The translations under genes were made by a program, and so were the position numbers. A stretch of 64,000 nt of DNA from Candidatus Omnitrophota bacterium (GTDB lineage Bacteria > Omnitrophota > Gorgyraeia > Gygaellales > Profunditerraquicolaceae): the NCBI GenBank assembly GCA_028712375.1, contig JAQTQG010000003.1, positions 14,619 through 78,618 of the forward strand, read 5' to 3'. Of this stretch, positions 26,666-35,957 are shown piece by piece; the first letter of the stretch is position 1; each line of letters starts with the position of its first letter. The notes under the pieces were generated by a model. That model was not told where the DNA came from. It saw nothing but the letters and a program-made list of their open reading frames with translations, and made no database searches.

Positions 26666-28048
26666 CTACTTCCCAATACAAAAATCCATAAAAATTTTAT
26701 CCAGAAGGTCTGCCGAAAAATCTTTACCCAAAATCTTATCAAGATACACGCAAGCATCTTTTAAATTTTGGGTAATAAATTCTACGGGTAATTTCTCAGC
26801 ATGGATATCTCTTGCTTCGGCGATCAATTTTTGAGCATCCCGCAAAGCTTGAATATGCCTCAGGTTGCTTACCAGCATGGGCTCCGGGCCGGCCAGTTTA
26901 CCCTGATAAACAAAATTATAAATGGCATCCTCCAAAAGATTTAAATTTTTTCCGGATTTTGCCGCCAACAGCACAATCCTCTTAAAAACCTGATTAATTT
27001 TATCTTTTTCGATACGCGTTTTTAAATCAATTTTGTTAATTACAGCAATAACATTTTTATTTTTCAACACCTTAATTAATCCCCGGTCCAACTGATTTAA
27101 TTTACTACTGGCATCAAATACCATAATTACCAAATCGGCTAAATCAATCTGGTTGCGGGCCAAGCTGACCGCTTTTTTTTCAATCAGGCCGCGCGGCTTA
27201 AGGATGCCGGCAGTATCTACAATTCTTACCGGAATCCCCTTAACATCAATTAGTTCTTCAATCGTGTCGCGCGTAGTCCCGGCAACCGGAGTAACAATGG
27301 AGCGTTCTTTTTTAAGTAAAGCATTTAAAAGCGAAGATTTTCCCACATTGGGCCTGCCGCAAATAACTACATGCAGCCCCTCGCGCAGGATCCTGCCGCT
27401 ATCGGCGCTGGTCAACAATGTTTTTAACTGCGCATCAATACCAATAAGTCTGCGTAAAATCCCTGCCACATCCTGCGTTTGGGCGGTTTCTTCTGGAAAA
27501 TCAATGTTCGCCTCCAAAATTACCAAAATATCCAATAACCCCCGGCGGATTCGATTAATTTCCCGGGAAAGAGCACCGTTTAACTGACTTAAGCTTATTT
27601 TAAGAGCAGAATCTGTTTTGGCGCGGATAATATCAATAACTGCTTCTGCCTGTGCCAAATCAATACGGCCGTTTAAAAACGCCCGCTTAGTAAATTCACC
27701 CGGCTGCGCCAAGCGGCATCCATGCCGCAGGGTTAAATCAAGAATCTTGCGTAAAGATAAAAGTCCGCCGTGGCAGTTTATCTCTACCACATCCTGGCGC
27801 GTATAAGATTTAGGCCCGCGCATAACACTTAAGATTACTTCATCAACAACTTTATGATTATCTACTATCTGGCCATAATGCATCGTATAGCTCTGATAAT
27901 TTGCGGGTTTGATCTTATCTACGCCTACGAATATTTTGCCGGCAACCGCCAATGACCGGCTGCCGCTTAAGCGCACAATGCCAATCCCGCCTTCTCCGGT
28001 AGCAGTAGAAATCGCCGCAATTGTATCTTCTATATTATCTTCCCGCAT
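26666..28048 (-). CDS. mnmE: tRNA modification GTPase MnmE
   Basis: 460 aa. GRPNVGKSSLLNAL, DTAG, and the C-terminal CIGK. Confidence 0.95.
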   Translation of the reverse strand: MREDNIEDTIAAISTATGEGGIGIVRLSGSRSLAVAGKIFVGVDKIKPANYQSYTMHYGQIVDNHKVVDEVILSVMRGPKSYTRQDVVEINCHGGLLSLRKILDLTLRHGCRLAQPGEFTKRAFLNGRIDLAQAEAVIDIIRAKTDSALKISLSQLNGALSREINRIRRGLLDILVILEANIDFPEETAQTQDVAGILRRLIGIDAQLKTLLTSADSGRILREGLHVVICGRPNVGKSSLLNALLKKERSIVTPVAGTTRDTIEELIDVKGIPVRIVDTAGILKPRGLIEKKAVSLARNQIDLADLVIMVFDASSKLNQLDRGLIKVLKNKNVIAVINKIDLKTRIEKDKINQVFKRIVLLAAKSGKNLNLLEDAIYNFVYQGKLAGPEPMLVSNLRHIQALRDAQKLIAEARDIHAEKLPVEFITQNLKDACVYLDKILGKDFSADLLDKIFMDFCIGK

Positions 28049-29399
28049 TCCTGAATTCTCCGACTACAAATAATGAACCGGTAACTAAAATTAAATCCTG
28101 CTTGCCTGCCAGTCTCCCGGCTAAAAGCTTAGCTTCTTTTACGCTTTGCGTCAAATATAGTTTTCTTTTAAAACAAGCGGCCAGCTTCTGCGGAGCAGCT
28201 GCCCGGGAAGTAGCTGCCCGGGTAATTATAATCTCATCGGCTAATGAATCCAAGCTTTTGCAGATCCCCGGGATGTCCTTGTCTGATGAAATCCCTAAGA
28301 CCAAAATGAGTTTCTCATATTTTCCGCCGTAGGCGGATCTGCCTTTGGCGGAAAAATTTTCTTCTATTGCTTTTTTTAAAACTAACGCGGAAGCAGTATT
28401 CTGAGCGCCATCTAAAACCACCCAAGGTTTTCTAGAGGCTACCTCACACCTTCCCGGCCAAACTGCCCGGCCAAGGCCCCGGCGGATAGCAGAAGCCGGC
28501 AGGTCAACACCGTAAGAACTCAAACCTTCCACCAGCCCAACCGCTAAAGCCGCATTCTCTGCCTGATGTTCACCCAAAAGATTTAAATGTAAGCCTTTAT
28601 ATCGGTTCCTTAAACCTTTAATTACTAATTCCCCCTTAGGCCTGGAATATTTAATCTGCCGGCCCACTTCATAAAGCCGGGCTTGAAATTTTTTGCATCT
28701 GCGCCGGATTACCTCTTGAGCCTCTTTATCCTGCGCAGCCGAAATCACAATCGCTGCTTTGTTTTTTATAATTCCGGCTTTCTCTGCCGCGATCTTGGCT
28801 AAAGTATTGCCTAATTTCTGCACATGCTCAAAACTAAGCGGGGTAATCCCGCAAACCAGGGAATCGGCGGTATTCGTCGCATCCAATCTGCCGCCCAGTC
28901 CAGTTTCTAAAACTACAAAATCAGCTTGTTGGCGCTTAAAATACAAAAAAGCCAAAACAGTATAAATCTCAAAAAACGAAAGTTCTCCATATTTTGAGGA
29001 ACGGTTATACCGATTAATCCGCGGTTTCAATTCTTCCACCAATCCGGATAGCGCTTTTTGAGAGATCATCCCTTCAAAATCCCCTCCCCGGCCGCTACGC
29101 TTATAAGTCAAAGGCCGCAGCAATCTAATCCTTTCCCTAAAATCATGCAGATGGGGCGAAGTATAAAGCCCGACGTTAAAACCGGCTTCTCTAAGCATAT
29201 ACGCGGCTAAGGCACAAATGGAGCCCTTACCTTTTGTCCCGGCCACATGAATAACCCGCAGAGATTTTTGGGGATTGCCAAGCGCCGCCAAAAAACCCTG
29301 GATACGCCTTAACTTAAGTGCTTCCGGATAAGAATAGTTTATGTTTTTTTCGTAATTAACGAGAGAATTTAGGTATTTCTTAACTTCCGGGTAGGTCAT
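28035..29399 (-). CDS. folC: Folylpolyglutamate synthase / dihydrofolate synthase
   Basis: HVAGTKGKGS P-loop, Mur-ligase-like organisation, 454 aa. Confidence 0.9.
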   Translation of the reverse strand: MTYPEVKKYLNSLVNYEKNINYSYPEALKLRRIQGFLAALGNPQKSLRVIHVAGTKGKGSICALAAYMLREAGFNVGLYTSPHLHDFRERIRLLRPLTYKRSGRGGDFEGMISQKALSGLVEELKPRINRYNRSSKYGELSFFEIYTVLAFLYFKRQQADFVVLETGLGGRLDATNTADSLVCGITPLSFEHVQKLGNTLAKIAAEKAGIIKNKAAIVISAAQDKEAQEVIRRRCKKFQARLYEVGRQIKYSRPKGELVIKGLRNRYKGLHLNLLGEHQAENAALAVGLVEGLSSYGVDLPASAIRRGLGRAVWPGRCEVASRKPWVVLDGAQNTASALVLKKAIEENFSAKGRSAYGGKYEKLILVLGISSDKDIPGICKSLDSLADEIIITRAATSRAAAPQKLAACFKRKLYLTQSVKEAKLLAGRLAGKQDLILVTGSLFVVGEFRNAGR

Positions 29400-29402
29400 A
29401 CA

Positions 29403-30959
29403 TTAATGCTTAAAATGCCTGATGCCTGTAGTTACCATCGCAATTTTATATTTGTCGCAAGCGGCAATAATATCCTCATCGGCAATAGAGCCCCCGGGTT
29501 GGATTATCGCTTTGGCCCCGGCTTTATGTGCCCAGGAGATAGCATCGGGCTTGGGGAAAAAAGCATCGGAAGCCAAACAACAGCCCTGTTTAAGTTTGGA
29601 GGATTTCTTTTTAGCAATCATCACCGAGTCTACGCGGGACATTTGCCCGGCGCCGATACCCACCGTCGCGCTCCCCGCCGCCAAAACAATTGCGTTTGAT
29701 TTTACATGCTTAGCTACTTTCCAGGCAAAAATCAAAGTCTGCAGCTGAGCTTTGCTGGGTTTTTTTCTGGTTACCACTTTAAGATTACGCATATCCAAAG
29801 TAAGCGCATCCCGGGTCTCTAAAAGTATGCCTCCGCTGACCCGCTTCATCTGTAAATCATCAGACGCTCCCCAATCCGGTAATTGCAACAGGCGTAAATT
29901 TTTCTTTGTCTTAAATAAATCCCGGGCCTCTTGTTCAAAGCCGGGAGCAATAATACATTCCAAAAATCCGCTTTTCATAATAAACCCGGCGGTCTTTAAA
30001 TCCATTTTTCTATTTAATGCTACAATCCCGCCAAAGGCCGAAAGTTTATCTGCCTTCCAAGCATTTAGATATGCTTTACTTAACTCTTTATCTTCAGCAG
30101 CACCGCAGGGATTATTATGTTTAACAATTACCGCCGCCGGATTTTTAAATTCTTTGGCCAATTCCACCGCAGAGTTAAGATCGAGGATATTATTAAAGGA
30201 CAGTTCTTTGCCTTGCAATTGTTGACAATTAATTAACCCCCTGGTTTTGCCTTTTTCTTTATAAAAAGAGGCCTGCTGATGCGGATTTTCTCCATAACGC
30301 AAATCCTGAATCTTCTCAAACACTAAGTGAAGTTCGCGGGGAAAATTTTCGTCTGCCCTGTTAATTTTAAAATATTCACTTAAATAATTATAGATTGCCG
30401 CGTCATATTTACTGGTATGGCCGTAAACCTCAACGCTTAACTGGCACATTAAATCTTCAGATAAACAACCGTTATTCTGCTTTAGCTGGGCGATTACCTG
30501 CCCATAGCGCTGCGGGTTACAAATAACAGCTACGGATTGATAATTCTTAGCGGCTGAGCGCAGCATCGCCGGTCCGCCAATATCAATATTTTCAATAACT
30601 TCAGAAATGCTTACAGACGGTTTTTGGATAATTTTTTCAAAAGGATACAAATTGACCACCAGCATATCAATCAACCCGATATTCTGCTCTGCCAATACCC
30701 GCAAATGATCCGGGTTATCGCGTAAAGCTAACAAACCGCCGTGAATCTTCGGATGTAAAGTCTTTACCCGGCCGTCAAGCATTTCGGGAAAACCTGTGTA
30801 TTGCGAAACCTCGCTTACCGCAATGTTATTTTCACGTAAAAGCTTAGCCGTGCCTCCGGTAGAAATAATTTCTACGCCAAAATTTTTTAATTCCTTGGCT
30901 AAATCTACAACGCCGATTTTATCTGAAAGGCTAATCAGTGCCCTTTTAATTTTTACCAT
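29403..30959 (-). CDS. purH: Bifunctional AICAR transformylase / IMP cyclohydrolase
   Basis: 518 aa. N-terminal MGS-like KRALISLSDK. C-terminal ...TGIRHFKH. Confidence 0.95.
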   Translation of the reverse strand: MVKIKRALISLSDKIGVVDLAKELKNFGVEIISTGGTAKLLRENNIAVSEVSQYTGFPEMLDGRVKTLHPKIHGGLLALRDNPDHLRVLAEQNIGLIDMLVVNLYPFEKIIQKPSVSISEVIENIDIGGPAMLRSAAKNYQSVAVICNPQRYGQVIAQLKQNNGCLSEDLMCQLSVEVYGHTSKYDAAIYNYLSEYFKINRADENFPRELHLVFEKIQDLRYGENPHQQASFYKEKGKTRGLINCQQLQGKELSFNNILDLNSAVELAKEFKNPAAVIVKHNNPCGAAEDKELSKAYLNAWKADKLSAFGGIVALNRKMDLKTAGFIMKSGFLECIIAPGFEQEARDLFKTKKNLRLLQLPDWGASDDLQMKRVSGGILLETRDALTLDMRNLKVVTRKKPSKAQLQTLIFAWKVAKHVKSNAIVLAAGSATVGIGAGQMSRVDSVMIAKKKSSKLKQGCCLASDAFFPKPDAISWAHKAGAKAIIQPGGSIADEDIIAACDKYKIAMVTTGIRHFKH

Positions 30960-30982
30960 TGGACATCTTCCTTGTATCCAGA

Positions 30983-31684
30983 TTATTTATTAAACCGGAA
31001 ATTAACTAAATCCGCATCCTGCATCACATAATCTTTTAACTCCAGGCGCATTTTTCCGGCCTGCTTAGCCTGAGTCTCCCCGCCGCAGGCAATAAAATCC
31101 GTAAAACTTATGATTTCAGCGCGGATAAAACCCTGTTGAATATCAGAATGAATAACCCCGGCGGCCTCCCAGGCCGTTGTGCCTTTTTTAATCAGCCAGG
31201 CACGATTCTCTTTATCCCCTACGGTCAAAAAATAAATAAAACCGCTTTGCGCCAGGACTTTGGCTAATAAAGCACCTAAATCTTCCGCATCTTCTTTGCG
31301 GATTACCGCTACCGGTTTGAGCGTTAATAAACCATAGCCGGAAATAACCTCATTTTCTGCAGCCGTTAAGCCTAGCGTAGAAATAAACTCTTCTTTCTCT
31401 AAGGCTGCTTTCATCTTACTCAAAATTGTTTTTTCATTCTCCGCCGGAGACTTGGCTAAACGCGTTTCCACAAAATCCAGGTCATGCAGGATCAGGTCCA
31501 TCTTACTGTCGGCGGTAATCATAATCGCATCTGCCTCCTGCGCCGCATCCTGGCCTACCAACTCTACCTGCGGGTAAGTTTTTTTCTTGGCTTTCACTAA
31601 CTTATCCGCTTGATCTAACCGGGTTTCTTTAACATTCTGCCTGCCCAACGGAAGTTCACTAATTGCAAATACGCTTATTTTCAT
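30983..31684 (-). CDS. YchF-like protein retaining the C-terminal TGS/DUF933 domain but lacking a P-loop
   Basis: The C-terminus AWEAAGVIHSDIQQGFIRAEIISFTDFI...GKMRLELKDYVMQDADLVNFRFN is close to YchF. The N-terminus MKISVFAISELPLGRQN has no GxxxxGKS/T. Confidence 0.6.
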   Translation of the reverse strand: MKISVFAISELPLGRQNVKETRLDQADKLVKAKKKTYPQVELVGQDAAQEADAIMITADSKMDLILHDLDFVETRLAKSPAENEKTILSKMKAALEKEEFISTLGLTAAENEVISGYGLLTLKPVAVIRKEDAEDLGALLAKVLAQSGFIYFLTVGDKENRAWLIKKGTTAWEAAGVIHSDIQQGFIRAEIISFTDFIACGGETQAKQAGKMRLELKDYVMQDADLVNFRFNK

Positions 31685-31806
31685 AAATAAATTAAGTTGT
31701 CTTCTAACTTCCTCATAGTTTTAAAATCTAAGGGGACAGTTCCGTTTTCCGATCAATCAAACTGCGGAAAAATAGAACCGTCCCCTTTATTCCAACGGCT
31801 AAAAAA

Positions 31807-32994
31807 TTATTCCAGGTAGGTGTAAATCTTTCCTTTGTAATTGCGCAACACATATTTACCTTTGGCCTGGGAAAGAATATAGTTTGGCCCCACAGGGATC
31901 TTCCCGCCGCCGCCCGGCCCGTCAATGACGTAGGTCGGAACAGCATAACCGGAAGTATGTCCGCGCAATTTCTCAATAATATTAATTCCCGTAGCTACCG
32001 GGGTACGAAAATGCTGCGTGCCCCTAACCGGATCACACTGATAAATATAATATGGCCTGACCCTGATCTGTAAAAGATCATGCACCAGCCTCCTCATAAT
32101 GAATGGCCGGTCATTAATTCCTTTAAGCAGTACCGATTGGCTTCCTAAGGGAATACCGCTTTCGGCAAGCATATCGCAGGCGTTTTGACAACGCTTAGTT
32201 ATCTCTTTAGGATGATTAAAATGAATACTCATCCAGATCGGCGCATACTTTTTAAGCATCTGCACCAGATTCTCAGTAATCCGCTGCGGCAAAGTTACCG
32301 GGATACGCGTACCAATTCTTAACAATTCCACATGCGATATCGCACGAATTTTTGAAATTAAAGACTCCAGGGCTTCATCTTCCAAGGTAAGCGGATCGCC
32401 TCCGGAAATTAACACATCCCGGATTTTACGGTTAGATTTAATATACTCGATAGCCGCATCAAATTTAGTTTCCGGATTTAAGTCTTTTTCCTCATGATCC
32501 CCCACTAAACGCCGGCGGGTGCAATGACGGCAATACATCGCACAATGATCAGTCGCCAACAATAAAACCCTGTCCGGATAGCGGTGCACTAAATGCGGTG
32601 CGGGAGAATCCCGGTCTTCCGCACAGGGATCGGCCATCTCATGCGGAGCAACAGAAAATTCATCATTCACCGGAACAGATTGCCTGCGGATAGGGCAATT
32701 AGGGTCTTCTGCGTCAATCTGACTGGCCCAATAAGGAGTAATCGCCATCGCCAACCGGCCTTTGGCCTTATCAATGCCCTTCTCTTCTTCCGGGGTAAGC
32801 TTAATAATCTGGATTAATTCTTCTTTGGTGCGGATTCGGTGCTTAAGCTGCCAATGCCAATCTTCCCAATCCAAAGGATTGACATCTTTATAAAGAGCTA
32901 TCTGCTGATAATCCCGTGCGCGTTTGGTGGGCCGGTAAATAACCGGAGTCTCCATTTGTACTTTTTGGTTTTCTAAGCTTGCAGGATTACTCAA
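31807..32994 (-). CDS. kamA: Lysine 2,3-aminomutase family radical SAM enzyme
   Basis: CAMYCRHCTRRR (CxxxCxxC), DVLISGGDPL, and overall KamA colinearity. 395 aa. Confidence 0.9.
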   Translation of the reverse strand: MSNPASLENQKVQMETPVIYRPTKRARDYQQIALYKDVNPLDWEDWHWQLKHRIRTKEELIQIIKLTPEEEKGIDKAKGRLAMAITPYWASQIDAEDPNCPIRRQSVPVNDEFSVAPHEMADPCAEDRDSPAPHLVHRYPDRVLLLATDHCAMYCRHCTRRRLVGDHEEKDLNPETKFDAAIEYIKSNRKIRDVLISGGDPLTLEDEALESLISKIRAISHVELLRIGTRIPVTLPQRITENLVQMLKKYAPIWMSIHFNHPKEITKRCQNACDMLAESGIPLGSQSVLLKGINDRPFIMRRLVHDLLQIRVRPYYIYQCDPVRGTQHFRTPVATGINIIEKLRGHTSGYAVPTYVIDGPGGGGKIPVGPNYILSQAKGKYVLRNYKGKIYTYLE

Positions 32995-32995
32995 T

Positions 32996-33994
32996 TTAAG
33001 CCTTTGTCCTTTCCGAGGCGCTTAACAATATGGCCTCAATAAGATCTTCATATTTCATCCCGGCGGCATAAGCCATAATGGGAAAATTCGATTCCTTAGG
33101 ATCCAGCCCCGGTAAGGGGTTAATTTCTAGAACATAGGGTACATTAAATTTATCCAGGCGGATATCCGTGCGGGAAATATCCAGGCACCCTACAGCACGA
33201 TGCGTACGCAAAGCTACATCCTTTACTTTTTCTTCAATCTCCTTATCCAGCCGGGCCGGGCAATAGAATTCCGGCACCAGGCCTAATTCGCTATTGCCCT
33301 GGAACTCTTTCATTTTCCAGGAATAAAAATATTCTCCGCTTTTTTTACAATTAGAAAAGTCGATTTCCAAAATCGGTAAAACACGGGTTTTACCATTCTC
33401 CAGAATACCGACGGTTAATTCCTTGCCTTCAATAAATTCTTCAACTAACGCTTCCTGCCGGTAAACATCAATACATTCCTTAATCTTACAGAAAAGATCT
33501 TCAGGATTATTTACAACATTAGTTTTATTTATCCCTTTAGCCGACCCTTCACAGTTAGGCTTGACAATAAGAGGGAATTTTAAATCCGGATCCAATATTT
33601 CATCACCTTTGACAAAAAGTTGAAAATTCGGAGTAGGAATATTCTCTGCTTTAAGAATCTTTTTGGTCAAAGTCTTATTTAATGCCAGCGCCAAAGAAAA
33701 AGTATCCGACCCGGTATAGGGTATATTTAAATAATCTAATACTGCCGGTACTTCGCTTTCGCGGAAACGGCCGTGTTTTCCTTCGGCGATATTAAACACC
33801 ATATCCACGCGGTTCTTTCTAAAATAAGAAAATAGTGCCGGATACTCTACGTCAATAGCATCTACCGAATGCCCCTTGGTTTTAAGCGCGGTAACCACAG
33901 AATTAATCGTCTCCTCGGAATCGCATTCGGAGAAATAATCTGCCGGCTTTAAAGGATCTTTCTTTTTTAAATTATATGTTAAAGCAACGCGCAT
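32996..33994 (-). CDS. D-alanine--D-alanine ligase-family ATP-grasp enzyme (paralogue 1)
   Basis: 332 aa. PLIVKPNCEGSAKGI, ALVEEFIEGKELTVGIL, PYVLEINPLPGL. Confidence 0.8.
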   Translation of the reverse strand: MRVALTYNLKKKDPLKPADYFSECDSEETINSVVTALKTKGHSVDAIDVEYPALFSYFRKNRVDMVFNIAEGKHGRFRESEVPAVLDYLNIPYTGSDTFSLALALNKTLTKKILKAENIPTPNFQLFVKGDEILDPDLKFPLIVKPNCEGSAKGINKTNVVNNPEDLFCKIKECIDVYRQEALVEEFIEGKELTVGILENGKTRVLPILEIDFSNCKKSGEYFYSWKMKEFQGNSELGLVPEFYCPARLDKEIEEKVKDVALRTHRAVGCLDISRTDIRLDKFNVPYVLEINPLPGLDPKESNFPIMAYAAGMKYEDLIEAILLSASERTKA

Positions 33995-34984
33995 TTAATT
34001 TAAGTTATTCCTCACTATAGCACTGTTTAAAATTTTACCCACCATCTGTTCATAAGTAATGCCGATATTTTTAGCCACCAGCATAAAAACATCTTCCGTA
34101 GAAAGAGAGGGCAGCGGGTTAATCTCTAAAACATAGGGGCTGCCATTATTATCCACCCGGAAATCGACCCTGCCAAAATCACGGCACTCTACACTTCGAT
34201 AAACTTGCAAAGCCAGCTCATCCAGCTTTTTCTTTAAGTCGCCGGTAATCTTAGCCGGACAGATATATTCCAAGCGGTCAGAAGTAATCCGCGCAAAAGT
34301 ATAGAACTTGTCATTTAGTTTCAGCTTTCCGTCTATTTTAATCTGTACCACCGGCATTACTTCCGGGTTTTCATTGCCGACGATCGCTACAGTAAATTCC
34401 TGCCCTGAGATAAATTCTTCAACCAAAGCAGGCTGTTTATAAGTAGTAGTAATAAACTCTACCTGCTTTTTCAGTTCATCTGTATTCTCAACCCGCGAAT
34501 TTTCACTTAACCCCTTAGATGACCCTTCAAAACGCGGTTTAACAATTAAAGGAAATTTGCAGTGGTCATAATTAACCGAAGCTGCAGCGGAGCTAACTTC
34601 AAAAAATTTAGGAGTAGGGATCCCTTCGGCAATAAAAATTTTTTTAGCCATTATTTTATCCAAAGTAAGCCCTAAAGTTAAGGCATCAGCCCCTACAAAA
34701 GGAACCCCGGCCATTTCCAGTAAAATAGGGACCTGGGATTCCCGGTTTCTTCCGCTTAGTCCTTCAGAAATATTAAAAACAATATCTACCCCTAAATTGT
34801 CTATCTTCTCCAGCAGATTAGTAGCATTGCCTATCTTCTTAACTTTAAAACCGTTAGCGGCAATCGCATCAGCAATCACATCAACTGTCGACAAAGAATC
34901 AAACTCCGCGTTAGCATCCAGCGGGTCGCCTTCCTTAAATTTGTAATCTGTTTTTAAATCGTAAGTCAAACCGACGGTTTTCAT
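33995..34984 (-). CDS. D-alanine--D-alanine ligase-family ATP-grasp enzyme (paralogue 2)
   Basis: 329 aa. PLIVKPRFEGSSKGL, ALVEEFISGQEFTVAIV, PYVLEINPLPSL. It abuts paralogue 1 with no gap. Confidence 0.8.
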   Translation of the reverse strand: MKTVGLTYDLKTDYKFKEGDPLDANAEFDSLSTVDVIADAIAANGFKVKKIGNATNLLEKIDNLGVDIVFNISEGLSGRNRESQVPILLEMAGVPFVGADALTLGLTLDKIMAKKIFIAEGIPTPKFFEVSSAAASVNYDHCKFPLIVKPRFEGSSKGLSENSRVENTDELKKQVEFITTTYKQPALVEEFISGQEFTVAIVGNENPEVMPVVQIKIDGKLKLNDKFYTFARITSDRLEYICPAKITGDLKKKLDELALQVYRSVECRDFGRVDFRVDNNGSPYVLEINPLPSLSTEDVFMLVAKNIGITYEQMVGKILNSAIVRNNLN

Positions 34985-35072
34985 AATCTTTACTCGTTTT
35001 ATCCTTATATCCGGAAAGATCCTTGCGCTTCGCGCAAGGATTTCGCTGTATTTGTATGGGTGCTCAAAAAAT

Positions 35073-35109
35073 AAGGGCTCACTTTCAATGACTTTACTCG
35101 AGAGCCCTT
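35073..35109 (-). terminator. Intrinsic-terminator-like hairpin inside the leader of the ATP-grasp/kamA operon
   Basis: Minus strand: AAGGGCUC, 21-nt loop, GAGCCCUU, followed by AUUUUUUG. Confidence 0.4.
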
Positions 35110-35186
35110 AAGAATCTATCCGATTTTTTCCAACTTCAGTTTAATCCTCCGCTAAATTTTACGCAAAATGTTGTATCTATGTTATT

Positions 35187-35215
35187 TTTTTACCACAATA
35201 TGTTGGCATTGTCAA
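35187..35215 (-). promoter_or_regulatory. Candidate promoter (TTGACA-17-TAAAAA) for the ATP-grasp/kamA operon
   Basis: Minus strand: TTGACA (35215-35210), 17-nt spacer, TAAAAA (35192-35187). About 200 nt upstream of ATG 34984. Confidence 0.3.
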
Positions 35216-35306
35216 GTATTTTTTGTTTAATTGCGCGATAGGATTTCTTTTGTTTTATCGTCGGTAAATCTAATTGCGGAGGAACAGAATACTGTATTTA
35301 ACGAAA

Positions 35307-35954
35307 CTAAAACGGGGAGGTTTTTTCTTGCGGTAAAAAAGTTATTCCGGCATCCCGAAGATCCTTGACTAACTGTTCAAAATTACTAAAAACGTAACCC
35401 TGGATACCCAGGGATTTGGCGCTTTCTACCAATTCCGGACGGTCATCAGTATAGAAAATTTCTTGCGGCTTAATTTTTAAACTTTGAATAACCAAATTAT
35501 AAATTTCTTTATCCGGCTTAATTACCCCTAGCTGAAAAGAAAGAAAAACTTTATCAAAAACTCCAAATACAGGGAAATTTTTCTGTAAATATTCATAATG
35601 CAGGATATTAATATTAGAAAGCAACGCTACTTCATAACCGGACCGCAGAGTATTAATTAAACTAAAGACTGAACGGTTCTTAGCGCTTAGGAAGAATATA
35701 TCATTCCAAATCGGCTTAAACGACTCATAACTAAGCCTTAGGTCCAACATTTGTTTAACTTGAGAGTAAAAATCTTCAGGGGAAAGCTTCCCGGCCTCAA
35801 AAGCTCCGGTTACGTCGGACTCTAAAAAAAGCTCGCAAATTTGGACTGGGGTTCTGGAACAAAAAGCCGCTATTCTCTGTGCGGCCCTTAAATGGTCAAA
35901 ATCCACCAACACGCGGCCCAAATCAAACAGTAAAGCTTTAATCCCCTGAGCCAT
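35307..35954 (-). CDS. HAD-superfamily hydrolase
   Basis: ALLFDLGRVLVDFD (DxD-type motif I), LLSN, and the YTDDRPE motifs. Confidence 0.85.
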   Translation of the reverse strand: MAQGIKALLFDLGRVLVDFDHLRAAQRIAAFCSRTPVQICELFLESDVTGAFEAGKLSPEDFYSQVKQMLDLRLSYESFKPIWNDIFFLSAKNRSVFSLINTLRSGYEVALLSNINILHYEYLQKNFPVFGVFDKVFLSFQLGVIKPDKEIYNLVIQSLKIKPQEIFYTDDRPELVESAKSLGIQGYVFSNFEQLVKDLRDAGITFLPQEKTSPF

Positions 35955-35957
35955 AAA

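Noticed and set aside
29406-30225. Several plus-strand ORFs (97-157 aa) inside purH. Similar ones occur inside carB (60346-61838), the MTase (15459-16009), OLD (8591-9749) and the AAA+ gene (17800-18525).
   Set aside because: They are antisense to strongly supported genes, low-complexity, and lack motifs.
31728-31976. 82-aa minus-strand ORF overlapping the kamA 3' end.
   Set aside because: It is an alternative frame of the kamA C-terminus and the downstream spacer, with no support.
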